Shown piece after piece: positions 1 through 13,041 of a DNA stretch of 64,000 bases. This DNA comes from Albugo candida (taxonomy: Eukaryota): contig JBDOQK010000019.1 in assembly GCA_040437565.1 (NCBI GenBank), positions 124,001 through 188,000 on the forward strand. Reading direction: 5' to 3'. Numbering within the stretch: position 1 is the first letter of the stretch; each line of letters opens with the position of its first letter. Under the pieces are notes generated by a model. It saw nothing but the letters and a program-made list of their open reading frames with translations, was not told the DNA's origin and ran no database searches. The position numbers and the translations under genes were made by a program.

Positions 1-378
1 CCACGTACGATCACTTGCAATGGGAAGAAGATGCACGACAGAACCAGAAAATCGCGAGAAATATCAGTGAATTTGCATCGAACAAACCAAAAGATGGGAA
101 CAATGATCGACGTAGAGTGACTCCAGATGACTCGTTCTTGTAGCCAATGTGACAATGTCTTATTGAGAATTTATCAGTAATGAAAGTTTCCCAGCGTACT
201 CGTATCGCTGCTTTGATCCCTGAAAGACGTTCTCGTTGGATGTTTGGGACTGTTTTCATGGGTTTTATTGCTGTATATACCGTCTTCACTTGCGGGCAAA
301 AATGACATCAAATTATATTGCGGCCGGAGATGCACGAAAGCCCCATGCGCTCACAAGCCGAGGTGCCCAGTATCAAGG

Positions 379-2009
379 CTACGTGTAATCTCTTGCCAGC
401 GCCAAATGCGAGCAAGTTCGACGGCGTAGTCTCCGAATCGACGGCATCACTGAGGTCCATTTAAATAATTGAGATAAAATACAGGTCGAGAACCATACAG
501 TCACTAATAATGAGAGAGAGGCTTCCGAGCTAAAAAATGTAAATACAGCCAATTTTTCTTGAATAGGGGCGGTTAGTTGGCCAAACACGCTCACAATGAA
601 TCTGAACTCATCCGTGAGTAATTTCTTAACCCACAAGCGGAAAACGTACAATTTATGAGTCGCATGATAGATGACACTTGACCATATGATACAGCAGGAA
701 TAGCCTTGAATCCAGCACATAATGATCCGAGACCCGACCAAGAGCAATGTGAAAGAGGAGATGACATAAATCAGATGGAAATCTCTCGTCTCGGTCACCA
801 GGTAGCCAGATCCATTCGGTACGACTTGCATAGCTTCGACAATAATCATCGGCCAATGCCAGGACGCCCAAATAATGCCTGTAATGGCTGATGCTAGCAC
901 TGAACTATGACTAAAGATGATCTCTAGCGCTAGAACGAGAATGATAACAACAGCCATGGACTTCATAATCGAGTGAGTAAGTACCTGGGAATAAAGACCC
1001 ACTCCATCCGATTTCTTCCAAGAAGGCCAACAAGAGCCAGCTGCAGCCTGCATTGATTATCAGCAACATTCATCACCAGTGCAAAACGTATTCTTCTAAC
1101 CGATCGACTGAGATCCAATCGAAAGACCGAAATCATATCGACTTGGTGGAAGTGGATCCCACCAAATACCAAGCAAGCAGATATACAAAATGTAAAACAC
1201 CAAGCCTGAGTCTAACGCGTCAACATTATTAAAGCTGAAAATTAATTCCAGTTTGTGCACAAAAACCCGATTAAACTATCAGAAAAATCAGATATTCAAC
1301 TCTGCTTCCTCACTGCTCCGAAGCACGTACCGGATTGACCATTCGCGTCGCTGCTGTGAAAGAGAATGCCGCTACTTCACAAAGTACTGGAATGGTAAAG
1401 CTCAATAACGACAGTCGGAGCATCGCATGCGCTGGATAACACCGAAATAAATGTCGAAATGGAGGAATGTTCCAATTCGGCGGTGTATGACAAGCCTGCA
1501 GCCGCTGTTTTGCGACTAAAGCGTGCGTTAGTATCCCATACAAAACATCTATTCAAAGACGTACTGTGTCGTAGTGCGAGGGAAGCACAGTACGGACTAC
1601 TCAGCCACACAAGTCGACACACGAAAACATGCACACTTTGTGACGGAATGCCCCATTCTTTACAGAATATAAGTCCGGTGATCGATATGATAGTCATTGA
1701 GAACAACAGCACTAAGAAAGCAATCACAGCGTCACGATATGCGCATGTCACATCAGAAGTGAATAAGCCGTGAAAAAAGTATCCGTAGCGATGATGGTGG
1801 TACTGATTGGGTGGTTGTATGAGCGGATAGTGTTCCTCCCAAATGGTGGTTTTTTTCTTCTTTAGGGATTGTGGCTTAGCGGTGAGAGGACCGAGCTTAG
1901 AGGTACCGGGTTCTTTTATGACTGGATGGCTCGTATCGATCCAATTGGAAGTTGGAGGTATCGAATAAACACCGGAATTATAGTCAGTTTGCGACGAATT
2001 GCGAGTCAT
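379..2009 (-). CDS. CPBP (type II CAAX protease/Abi family) intramembrane metalloprotease-like protein, multi-exon
   Basis: Spliced reading gives LAFLEEIGWSG (motif 1, in a frame not listed in the ORF track, ~985-1030), IIWASWHWP and YHATHK. Many hydrophobic segments. Intron with GTACGT...TACTAAC...TTTAG near 1516-1564. Confidence 0.8.
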
Positions 2010-4350
2010 AGTGAACGTGTGATTGTGTTCGCATATAATGGTACGATGAAGACTGCACGAAGGAGGAGCTCTTGGCTTTAATGAAGATCGATATCGATCG
2101 ACATGCACAGATTATATTACTTATCTTTATAAGATTTTGCAAGTTGTACTTTATTACAGAATCCAGCTGTGACATTGATCTCCAAGATTCAAAAGCTACT
2201 ATATATAACGTCGCCTCCAAGTGTGTGTTAACAAGTACATACAAAACGCAGCTGATTAAGAGCAAACGATCACAAAGGCGGAAGATCTCTGCCAAACGTG
2301 GCGAAAGTGAGATATACCATTAGATTCCTTCGATAAGATACTCTATCGCTACATTGACCATGCAAACAGAATTGGACTAAATGACTCCCAAATTATGTAA
2401 TGCATCCACAATCCAGCGACCAGATATACAATTCGATCTGCAAGAAGTTAGATGCTACTGCTTGCCATTCGGAAGATTACTCACCTGCGCGATTACGAGA
2501 TGAAATCACGACGGGAAGTAGCAACAGAAGACAATACTGCAGATACCCTTCTCCGCTATTTCTGTATTTGCGCTGTTAAGTAATTTGGAGGAGAAAAGGC
2601 TTGGATCTAGCGGCATAAAGGCTTCAGAGCAAATAGCACAGTCTGAGCGCATCTATCCTCGTCATGACGTCACGATACTCGTATTATCTGTGACAGCGAG
2701 CCCGGAAACTCTTTCTCACAAAGAACGGACGATAACTTTCAATTACTGCTCTATTCAAGTTGGCCGTCGAGATCGGTCCGCAACATTGAGCAAATAAAGC
2801 TCCATCCTTCCAATATCACCGAATGGAAACTGGTGGTAAGCAGGTTGCAAATGTGACGGCACCTGGGTATTATAGAAGAGATTACTACCCAAAATTGGAT
2901 GTCATTGTTCGATGCTCTGAATGCAAGGCCATGTAGGAGAAAAATTCAAGCATGAAAGATCAGAACACTGGTCTAAATACTTTCTAGGGGCAGCTTTTCG
3001 TGTCATAATTTCGTCTTCATGAATTGAGGTTACTAGAAGCCCCAAATGCGCGCCTAGACACACTAGTACAGACCTTCTTGACTTGGTATAATGAGTCTTA
3101 GCTATACTTTGATCAAAACGAGCAAGCATACCAAAAGATACCTGACCGAGACAATACCAAACGCAATTCCTCTCCGATCAGAACCTCAAGTCTCCAAAAC
3201 TAGATAGAAGTGTTCCAATGCTTTCCTAATTCCAATTGTCCGTATGAAAATCGAAGGTGTGTCAGTTTTAGGTGCTTACAAAACCCTGACTTTTGACACT
3301 CATGTTGTAGTTCGCCAAAGCCGAATTGTACTGACAAACGCTCTGTACTCAGGATTCGTTGATGTTTGCTAAACACCACATCGACATCAACGTTAAAGGC
3401 AAGAGAGATGTCAGATGCGGCCAATTTTGTTAAAAGTTCACGGAGGAAGTTTTTCTATCGGAATTTTCGCATAACAGCGACATTGTCCCACTCGTTCTAT
3501 TTTGCGTTTCTTTATACTTGATGTTGAGAAGCATCGTCAGTTTTCAACTTCATTGAGCATTCAATCGGGTACAATAGCTTTCGAAGTACAATCAACTATC
3601 AAGCACTATGAAATTCAAGGATGGTCGCATTACAGTCTTGTTCAAAGAATCTTTCTCAACTTTTTATTTTTAATATCATTACTACTTGCAAAAGATTGCT
3701 CTCCCTCTACGCATGATTGCCGGCATATGATTACGTATATTACAAATAAAGGCTATTTTTTCCCGCCAAATTGAAGCTACTTGATAAACGTCATTGCACA
3801 TTTTGCGCGGCAGTAAAATTTGAAAACGTCAGAATGACTCTAACTTACTCGAATAACATGCAAAATTATCAAACATTGACGACGGTCCAAGGCGCACGAA
3901 ACATGCCTCCAACGTTCGTACATGCTTATGTGAATTACATACAACAGACACTTATCATGTTTTCTAATAGGCCGATTAAACCAAAAACGACAGCTCTCGC
4001 AGTACATCGACCGATCTATAAATCGCTTGAGAAAAAACCGTTGAGAAGGGGTCCATCGATGCCATTTTTATGCGACGTTTCCCTGTCAGATATTGCGAAA
4101 TCGGTTGAAGGACACTTTGCACGAATAAAGTGACGGAAAGGTGATTCTGTAAAATGTCCGATGCAAATTGCGTGTAACATAGAAATAAATTATGGAAAAT
4201 CATTGGAAGTTTGAGATTGAATTGAAAAACGATTCTTGTATCATTTTGTGTGAAATATATCTGGCAAAGAATGAATGCTACAAGCTGTCATAGTGTGTAC
4301 TGTACACAAATCGGATTTCTCGATTGCGATTGCGTCCATAAAGAGCGTTT

Positions 4351-4644
4351 TCACTGCAAGTCTTCTTCGACTTCCATCACATCTCCCGTTTCATTCAGCT
4401 TCTGTATGTCCTTCTCCGTCACTAAGCCTGATTTCACTAATTTCTGTTTTTCCGCTTCAAAATAAATGCGTCGGCGTTTGGCATTTTTCTTCTGTTTCTT
4501 CTTCGAAGGCAGCTGCTGTGTTAGCACTCTTACTTTACCCATTTCCTTTTGTGCGACCTTCTTAAAGTTCCTAACATCAGCGCGCTTCTTTCTGAGCAAT
4601 TTATGCTTCTTTTTATTCATCGTTTGGACAGCTTGCTTCGACAT
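4351..4644 (-). CDS. Small lysine-rich hypothetical protein (97 aa)
   Basis: ATG-initiated single ORF, strongly K/R-rich with an acidic C-terminus. Family not recognised. Confidence 0.6.
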   Translation of the reverse strand: MSKQAVQTMNKKKHKLLRKKRADVRNFKKVAQKEMGKVRVLTQQLPSKKKQKKNAKRRRIYFEAEKQKLVKSGLVTEKDIQKLNETGDVMEVEEDLQ

Positions 4645-4787
4645 TAGCGTTAAATAGTTTGAGCAAATGATTGGAAATGGAAAGCAGCAAATTACTATTC
4701 ACATTCCGTACACATTATCTCTCAAGTACTTATCCTCACTAAAGTCTAGATACCCATGAAGTTGCACCAAGATAAACTCTCTATTTC

Positions 4788-5060
4788 TTATTTTTTCGCT
4801 CGCTTCCCTTCTCCTTTCTTCGGTGTTGACTTTCCTCTTCGTTTCATTTGTTCCCTTTTCGCTATTTTGTCCTCATTCAAAATCTGAAAGTTTGGATCTT
4901 TTCCTCCCATACGCAAAAGCATCGGCTTTTGGAACCAGCTTGCGACAACATCTCCTTTCAATTTTTTACGTATGACCTTACTGCCTGAACGAGTTCCATT
5001 CTGCGGCATTCGTTGGAAAATCTTACGACTTATCTCTGCCAATTGGGATGCGGGTGCCAT
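4788..5060 (-). CDS. MRPS33: Mitochondrial small-subunit ribosomal protein mS33 (Rsm27/MRPS33 family)
   Basis: SRKIF...RSGSKVIRKKLKG...KRRGKSTPKKGEGKRAKK matches the mS33 pattern. ATG at 5060. Confidence 0.85.
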   Translation of the reverse strand: MAPASQLAEISRKIFQRMPQNGTRSGSKVIRKKLKGDVVASWFQKPMLLRMGGKDPNFQILNEDKIAKREQMKRRGKSTPKKGEGKRAKK

Positions 5061-5171
5061 GCTATTCCGCCAAACCAATTATATCCACTAACATGGCGAT
5101 AGCCAAGATGACCCAAGAACGTAATTATGAATTACAAAATCGGCTAATTGCGTAATATCCAGGCGGGGGAA

Positions 5172-5855
5172 ATGTGTCATAGTTGTCAATGCAAAATTGG
5201 ACCTTCCTTATTAGCGTCCGATCTCGCATCGATAAAGGACGAAGCACTTAAAGTTCTCAATGCTGGAGCTGACTACCTCCACCTGGACGTGATGGACGGG
5301 CATTTTGTCCCTAATATATCGTGGGGAGCTCCGGTGATCAAATGTTTGGGGAAGCATACTCCGAAAGCATTCTTTGACGTGCATATGATGGTCTCTGAGC
5401 CAGAGAAATGGGTTCAAGACATTGCTGACGCCGGAGGAGATCAGTTTACATTTCATCTAGAAGCTACAAATGATCCAAAGGCACTTATCGAGCAGATTCG
5501 CAAAGCAAATATGAAAGTCGGCGTAGCCATAAAGCCCGGAACTGAGGTAGAACACGTGTTCCCACTTGTGCATCTTGTAGACATGGTGTTGGTTATGACC
5601 GTAGAACCCGGATTTGGTGGACAAGTATTTATGGCAAATATGATGCCAAAAGTTGAGTTGTTGCGTAAATCTTATCCATCGCTAGACATTGAAGTGGATG
5701 GAGGTCTCGGTCCAAGCACAGTCGACATTGCTAGCAAAGCAGGTGCTAACATGATTGTCGCGGGAAGCTCAGTATTTCGTGCCGATGATCCGGGGAGTGT
5801 CATTGCACAGCTAAGAACAAGCGTTGAACGACTAGGAAACGGAAAAGCGGGGTAG
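5172..5855 (+). CDS. RPE: Ribulose-phosphate 3-epimerase
   Basis: Motifs HLDVMDGHFVPN, DVHMM, VMTVEPGFGGQ, IEVDGG, IVAGS. Confidence 0.97.
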   Translation: MCHSCQCKIGPSLLASDLASIKDEALKVLNAGADYLHLDVMDGHFVPNISWGAPVIKCLGKHTPKAFFDVHMMVSEPEKWVQDIADAGGDQFTFHLEATNDPKALIEQIRKANMKVGVAIKPGTEVEHVFPLVHLVDMVLVMTVEPGFGGQVFMANMMPKVELLRKSYPSLDIEVDGGLGPSTVDIASKAGANMIVAGSSVFRADDPGSVIAQLRTSVERLGNGKAG

Positions 5856-5919
5856 GATGAATGGAGCAGCTAATAATTTTTCAAGGGTCTCAATGAAAAT
5901 TTTTGTCAAAACTGCAGAT

Positions 5920-6888
5920 CTACATGACAGTGTCTTGATCATCACTATCAGTATCTTGCTTGTGATCGATAGGCGAAAATCGCTGATATTTTCCACCTGA
6001 CCAAACACTAACTAATTGTAGTCTAAATGTCGCCATTTTCCGATCAAAATGTGCCTATGTGTATATGAAGACTTGTCAATATAAAACGAATGGAGATCAA
6101 AGGTATATAGTAGCAACATACCAGCAATTTAGCCTGCTCGGGACTCAGCAACTTGCCTTCCGTGCAAATTGTGCACTCTTCTTGTAACACCACTTGCATA
6201 TTCTTCAAATCCACCAAAAGACCGAGTTCTCGTAGTGTCTGGACCATGCTTCCAGGAAATTGTGGCAATGGACCTTTCGGGATAACGATCGTTTCCATGG
6301 CACAAAATCCTCCACGCGGGTATTCCGGAATTTGAAACTTTTCAAACGCCTCCAAAATCTCTTCTTTGCTCCTGTTGCTGAAGAGTAAGCCGACATTGCC
6401 AGAAAGGTCCTAACAACGCATCTATGACTTTGATATCATCAGATAGAATTCGATTCTCACGTACCCGAGCTAATCGATGCAATTCATCCGCGTACTCTTC
6501 TTCTTTNNNNNNNNNNNNNNNNNNNNNNNNNNNNNNNNNNNNNNNNNNNNNNNNNNNNNNNNNNNNNNNNNNNNNNNNNNNNNNNNNNNNNNNNNNNNNN
6601 NNNNNNACCTTCATAACTTTATTTTTTCCTAAAAACATTCTGGAAACATTCAATTGATGGAGTGTGCAATCATACGCGGCTACGGCGCTTCACGAACCTG
6701 CTATCCCGCAATTCCATACGCACATCCTTCAAATGATTGGTTCGCATATTCTCAAAAGAAAACACAAATACAGCGCCATACTGATCGACAGCTTCACGAA
6801 GAGATGCGACTATGCTCTTCTTGAGTTCACTTCCCTTCTTACTCGTCTTTGTCAACGTATGTACTCGATGTCGCTTTGATTTCGGCAT
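5920..6888 (-). CDS. MRT4: Ribosome assembly factor Mrt4 (uL10-like), multi-exon, interrupted by an N gap
   Basis: MPKSKR..LTKT N-terminus, FLGKNKVM, LRELGL, CTEGKLLSPEQAKLL. Last exon ends ...DDQDTVM* at 5920. Confidence 0.92.
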
Positions 6889-7099
6889 TGTAAATTGTCG
6901 TCAGATTTTTGGATTAGAAGAATATTTATTGGACAGGAATGATGTATTGTGATAGGTCTATTATTCGCGAATCATCTATCGGTTAAGACATATTAATCCA
7001 AGAGGAAGCGATCTTCTTCCTCGTTTTCACTGGTCGAAAACAAGCGATTCTCTTCACCAATACAATCGCCTGCATCCTTCGGTATTGTGCGTGATCAAA

Positions 7100-8263
7100 A
7101 TGGCCGCTTGGGGATTGCCACGCAACACAGCACCATCAACCGAACCCGTCCGAGATGAATCTCTGTCCAAGGATTCTGTTACTGCTGCTCTGAAGGAGCT
7201 GAAAGCCGTTGAGAAACGCGATATTTTCGAAGATGTCGAACCGGTTCAGTGTGTTCAGATCGAAGGCGTCGCCTTGCTTCAGATCATCAAACACTGTCAC
7301 GAAGATCCACTAACTTGTGTAACAGGGTCTCTGCTAGGCCTGGAACACGATTCAAATCTTGAAGTAACTAATTCCTTTCCATCTCCGTTGGTTTCGTCCT
7401 CTGCCACTTTCAAGCCCAATCGATTAGACTCGAATGAGTATCAGATTGAGATGATGAAACATCTTGGAGAAGTTGGAATGGATAACAATAAAGTAGGATG
7501 GTATCAGTCCGTGATAATGGGTACATATAGTACCACCTCAGTGATTGAGTCCCAATTTCAGTATCAGAAATCACTCGGCCCCAATGCGATCTGTTTGCTG
7601 TATGATGCTACAGAGACACGTAAAGGGATGCTGTCTCTAAAAGCGTTTCGACTGAAAAAGAGCTTTTATAGCGCGTACAAAGACGGGACTCTGACAAGCA
7701 AAAGGTGAGAATGTTTGCTCACTATCAAACGTTCTTTCAACTAATTTGTGAATAGTGCCAGTGGGGATGGAATTCGCTCGACGTCGATTATTGAAGAGCT
7801 TTCGATTCAAATTCACAACTCTGACTTGATACAATGCTATGTACAACAGCTCGTGGATAGAAATGAGTCCTTACTTCTAAATGGCTTGGAACGGCTCGAT
7901 TTGGCAAGCAATGCATACCTCGAGACAAACTTGAAAAACATCAGTTCGTGGGCAGATGAGTTGGCACAGGAGCATTTCAGATTTCAAAATCATGAGCGAA
8001 CACTTGCAAAGCAACGAGCTACATATCAACAGTGGCAGGCCCGCCAACGAGACGAAAACAAGCGATTGCGTGAGCATGGTCGTGAAGATGAACTTGTTCC
8101 AGAAAGTGATCCTGACTTTTTCGACACTGTCAATCAACCCTCCAAGCTGGAATCGCTCCTCATAACGAACCAGATGCAAACGTATTGCGACCAAATCAAT
8201 CGATTTGCCGGAACATCATTTCATAAATTGTTTTTAGCTTCTCAAATTCATAAAAAAGAGTAA
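7100..8263 (+). CDS. EIF3H: Eukaryotic translation initiation factor 3 subunit H (MPN domain)
   Basis: IIKHC, GSLLGL, LEVTNSFP, VGWYQS, SKLESLLITNQ. Intron 7705-7755 joins the two ORFs in frame. Confidence 0.92.
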
Positions 8264-8371
8264 TCCTTGAATACATATCAAATTCGGGTCGTAAGCCTCT
8301 CCAAGAACCGATCATTTCGAGCCGCCACATTAAATATACCAAGCGGCAGCGTGCAAAAGTGACGATATAAC

Positions 8372-11300
8372 ATGACCGAGCCTAAAGAGATTGAGAACAT
8401 TCGAGTGGCTGTGCGATGTCGGCCCATGAACGACCGAGAAATTCGAGAGCAAGCGCAGTCTTGCTTCATTGAAGAGAGCGGACATGCGGTGCTAACAAAC
8501 CTCGACAATCCAATCGAGCGACACGAGTTTGGATTCGATCACGTTTACGGCACGCAGAGCTCCCAAGCACAGGTATTCCAAGACATTGGGGTTCCCATTT
8601 TGACCCGAGCTTTTGGCGGATACAATGGGACAATCTTCGCTTACGGCCAGACAGGCAGCGGGAAGACCTTTAGCATGGCTGGAGTACCCCGAGGAGGAAT
8701 GGAGCTGCAGGGTCTGATACCACGCATGAATAAAGCTATTTTCGATAAAATTCAGGAAGAGATACTACTTCATCCAACGAAATTGTTTTTGGTGGAATGT
8801 TCCTACTTTGAAATCTACAATGAGATCATTTACGATCTGCTCGATGGCACGGGAAATAAGAAGGGCAAAGGTGCTGGACTCGAGATAAAAGAACATTCTG
8901 TTCTTGGAATTTACGTCAAGGATTTACAGGAACGTGTGGTGGAGAACAGCGATGAAGTGAACGATCTGATGGGGCAGGGAGCTCAGGCTCGAACGGTTGG
9001 TGCCACGCAAATGAACGCCGAGTCTTCTAGATCGCATTCGATCTTCGTGATTAAAATTCATCAGAAAGATGGGAACGATGAGAGCAAGAATATATTCGCC
9101 AAGATCAATTTGGTCGATTTGGCAGGCTCCGAACGTGCTGCATCCACTGGGGCTCAAGGTGATCGACTCAAAGAAGGTGCAAATATAAACAAATCACTTA
9201 GTGCTTTAGGTAATGTCATTAATACACTTGTCGAGGTTTCAAGAAGTGGAAAAAAGCTATTTGTTCCTTATCGCAACTCCAAATTGACACGAGTACTTCA
9301 GGAATCACTTGGTGGAAATTCACTCTGCTCCATGCTGGCAACCTGCTCCCCAGCAAACATCAATTTCTCAGAGACATTGAGCACACTCAAGTACGCGAGC
9401 CGAGCGAAATCCATCAAAGTACAGGCAAAAAAGAACGAGACATCGAGTCAGATTGCACAATTGAATGAAGAAATCGCCAATTTGAAAAAAAAACTCACGG
9501 AACAAGTCGATGGTGGTGCTCGTCTCGCAGACAGCTCCATGGAAGAGAAGGATCAAGTCATGCTGAAATATGAAAAGCAAATTCAGGAAATGGAACGTGT
9601 ACGACTGCAAACGTGGGAGGACAAGGCCAAGCTTTCGAAACACCATCAGGTCGAAAGAAAACGGCTCACCGAGGAGAAAGCTATTGCTGATAGAAAAGTC
9701 GAGCAGGAACGCACGCGAAGATGGAAATTATTACAAGAGAAAAACGACCTGGAGCTTGCTTTTCGCACATTACGAGACTTGGATGTATCGTATTTTCAGA
9801 ATGATGCGCCTGAGAGTAGCTTCTCACCCGTGGATTCTTTGATGTGGATGGAGCAGGCAGAACGACTCAAGCGATTGGAAAATGGAGTCAGAGATCATCG
9901 GACTTTGATCCTCGTCTTCAAGGACTCGCTGGATCGCGATGTCAAAGTATGGAGCAAACGCGAGAGTGTAAATCGCCAAGGAGCCGGACCTTCCACGCAC
10001 GAAATCGCTGCTCGTCACATGTTGGCCGGTCATATCCACACGAAATTGAAAAATATCAGCGGAGAAACAGAAAAGCTTTTCAAATTGGAGTCGGAATGGA
10101 TACGCGTCGCGACGGAAGTGATCAATATGCTCATGTCATCACTGTATCAATTGAAGAAATCTGAGGAAAAAGGGGATGGAATCGCACACGGTGGGAAGTG
10201 TTTGCGAGCTGAAGATGCACAATTCAAAGAGGAGATGACAAAAGGCTTGATCATAACGCTTTCAATCGTGCAAAAGTATCGTGACCAAGTGGTGCTTGGT
10301 ATCCGACAACAGAGAGAGCAGGTATTCGCCACAAAGGATATCGATATCGAATTGAATAAAACTTTAGAGCTGCATCGAGACACTGAAGCCTTAGACGTTC
10401 GTAACGACACTGACGAGATATGTCGTGAGTCAACCAGCAAGGCGATGATATCGCCAGTCTACGCAAAGCTGCAATCAGTGGTCTCATTAGCACGCAATGA
10501 GATCCCAAAAAAGCCTGACGCTACTTTCTCAAAGCCCATCGATTTAGGCTGGCCCCATTTCCTTCATTCCATGACAATTCAATTCGACTATGCACCCAAA
10601 AGCTCAGTATCGAGCGAGGAAGCTCCGACCTCCAGCGAAAGCGTACCTCCATTTCGCCCGACAAACGAGCTCAAGGAAGAGTTTGAAAGGCTTCTCACTG
10701 TAGAAATTACGGGAGACGAAATCCAAGTGTATAAAATCCTGAGTCTCGTAATGTCGTGGAAAGATCTTCTCAAGTCGAATGCGATTCCATCCAAATTATT
10801 TTCCCGTCCACCAATACGCTTCCTGCATGATATCATTCGATCCGTAGTGGTAGCTACAGGCTATGGGGAATCCGCAGTGTCAAAGAACGAGTTGGATTAT
10901 CTGCAGCTTCCCGGCAAGTTGGAACGAGCCGATTTTTTGACCAAAATCCTCGACTTTGTCCAGGAAACGTACAACCAAATACAATGGAAGAATAATGTCG
11001 TCATCGCCGCTACAGCTTCCAACATTATGACTGGAAAACAAGTCCAAGACACCATGCAATTTCTCAGCTATTTCGCCCTTGCAGCTCTCGCCCATCTCAT
11101 TGCTCATCCTCGCGAAAATCAGCAAGTCGAGGACATGATACCGCATGAAAACAAGGACACGATGCAGCTGAGCGTCGCCTGCAGCCACGACGGAGAGATA
11201 TGGCAAGAGATTGGCGCTTTCACACTCCAATTGACTCAATTGCTCGATGAAAAAATAATAACTTTTCAATTTGGAACTTCCGACTCGGATGAGATGCTTC

Positions 11301-12780
11301 ACGTTGGCCGACACATTCGGCTTCACATTGTGGACGGAATAGCGTGCATCGTTGAGATACTTGGCCAGCAAGTGGCTGAGAGGCATCATATCGCTCAAGT
11401 CTTGGACACGGATGCCTCAGAGTACGAACATTGTCTCCAGAAGCTCGTCGATAGCAGCCAAATTGTCGTCGAACAAGCCAAGATCCTGCTGGAACGATCG
11501 AAAGAAAATGAGCGTGAGAAATTGGAGCAACAAAAACAGCTTTCGGGGCAGTTGGAACACTTGAAATTGAGCAAAAATCTCTTGGAGAAGGAAAAAGAGG
11601 CTCTGATTGCTCAGGTTGCTTCACTTGAGACACAAATTGAAGAGGAGAGTCGATTGCGCCACGACGACAAGCAGCAAGCCGATTGTATTGCCCAAGAGCT
11701 CCAAAGTCAGCTTCAGACACATTGGCAGCAGAACCAGATACTTGAAACGAAATGCCAGGCGCTTGGACAAGCAATGCAGCAGGCGGAACATGATCGTAGT
11801 GAGCTTGCGCGTGAAGTGGACCAACTTCACCGCTCCAAAGAAAATGTCGAGAATCTGTGTCACGATCTTCGCGATCAATTGCAAGCCCAAGAGCGAGGAA
11901 CCATCGAGAAGACCGAGGAACAGGTCGCCACACAAAAAGCCGAGCTATTGAGCGCCAATGTGCTTGTGGATGAGCTGCGTCGAAATCTTGCGAGTGCCGA
12001 GCAGAACAAGAAGGAACAAGAGCGGATTCGGGAAGATCTTCATGCCAATTTGACGCATGTTCGACAGGAAATGATTGAGCAATTGGCTCAGGCTAATGTG
12101 AGCGCCTGTAATCAGCAAAAAGCGTTGAATGAGCTTCTCGATCAGTGTGGAAAGGAGAAGGCCGAATGGAAGGGTAAAGCCACTGCTCTTCAAGCACAAG
12201 TGACCAGTGCCCAAGCTGAATTGACCACATTACACCACGAGATTCGTCAGCTTCAAGCTTTGAAAGTTGAGATGAATGACGCTTCCAAAACGATCGATCT
12301 CGCGGATGAGAAAGACAAACAGCTACTGGAAGCACAGACCAAAGAATTGCATCATGTGGCGGAAATCGAAAGGCTTGAGACGAAAATTCAGGTGCTGACG
12401 ACAAAACGAGAGGAACTAAGCCAAAGTATACAATCGCTATCGTCCGAAAGGGATCAACTGCGGCATCAAGTGCGGGAATTGAAAGAGACCGATGAAGAAT
12501 TGACACTTCAGATCCAGGTTTTGACTGAAGAGCGCGATACTGCACGCCAAAATGAAGAGCTATTGTTTGCGGAAAGCATTGAAAAAGACCAGGAAATTGA
12601 GCGAATTCGCGATGGATACGGTAGGTGTCCTAGTCTTGTGTGGAATCTTGTTTTCATGTGTTGTAATGGACGATAGTTTGGGTCACCGATCGTATGAATG
12701 CAAAAGAGGATGAGCTTGCAGAATTGCAGGAGCAGCTGGAGCGATATCAGAGCTTGCTGGCGATCCATAATGAGAGGTGA
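8372..12780 (+). CDS. N-terminal motor kinesin (kinesin-3-like motor) with coiled coils and internal MIP-T3/IFT54-like CH domain
   Basis: [28 protein letters not shown]. Intron ~12621-12676, then exon VWVTDRMNAKEDEL...NER*; the 3' end may be spliced further. Confidence 0.93.
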
Positions 12781-13041
12781 TCGTACGCGATCAGTCAACT
12801 TCCCACATACACAAAGAAGGCGCACGTAGTCAAGCTGAAGCTTTTGAGAATCGATCGCTCGAGAATCTTTTTCAATGAGCATAGAGCGTACCTGTGGTCA
12901 TGACGAGAGCGACTTGGGCTTTTTCAAAGGAAAAAAGCTTCAAAGGTAAAATCCGTTTTGCATGTTTCAAAATTCAAAATTGTTTTACGCGTATTCGCGC
13001 GCGGTTCCGAATAATAGAGCAAATCATTGTGTGGCTTTCAA

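Noticed and set aside
11-289. Minus-strand ORF at the window start
   Set aside because: Could be the first exon of a gene leaving the window, but no motif supports it.
2300-4250. 2-kb stretch with short ORFs
   Set aside because: No recognisable domain, repeat or structure found by eye; left unannotated.
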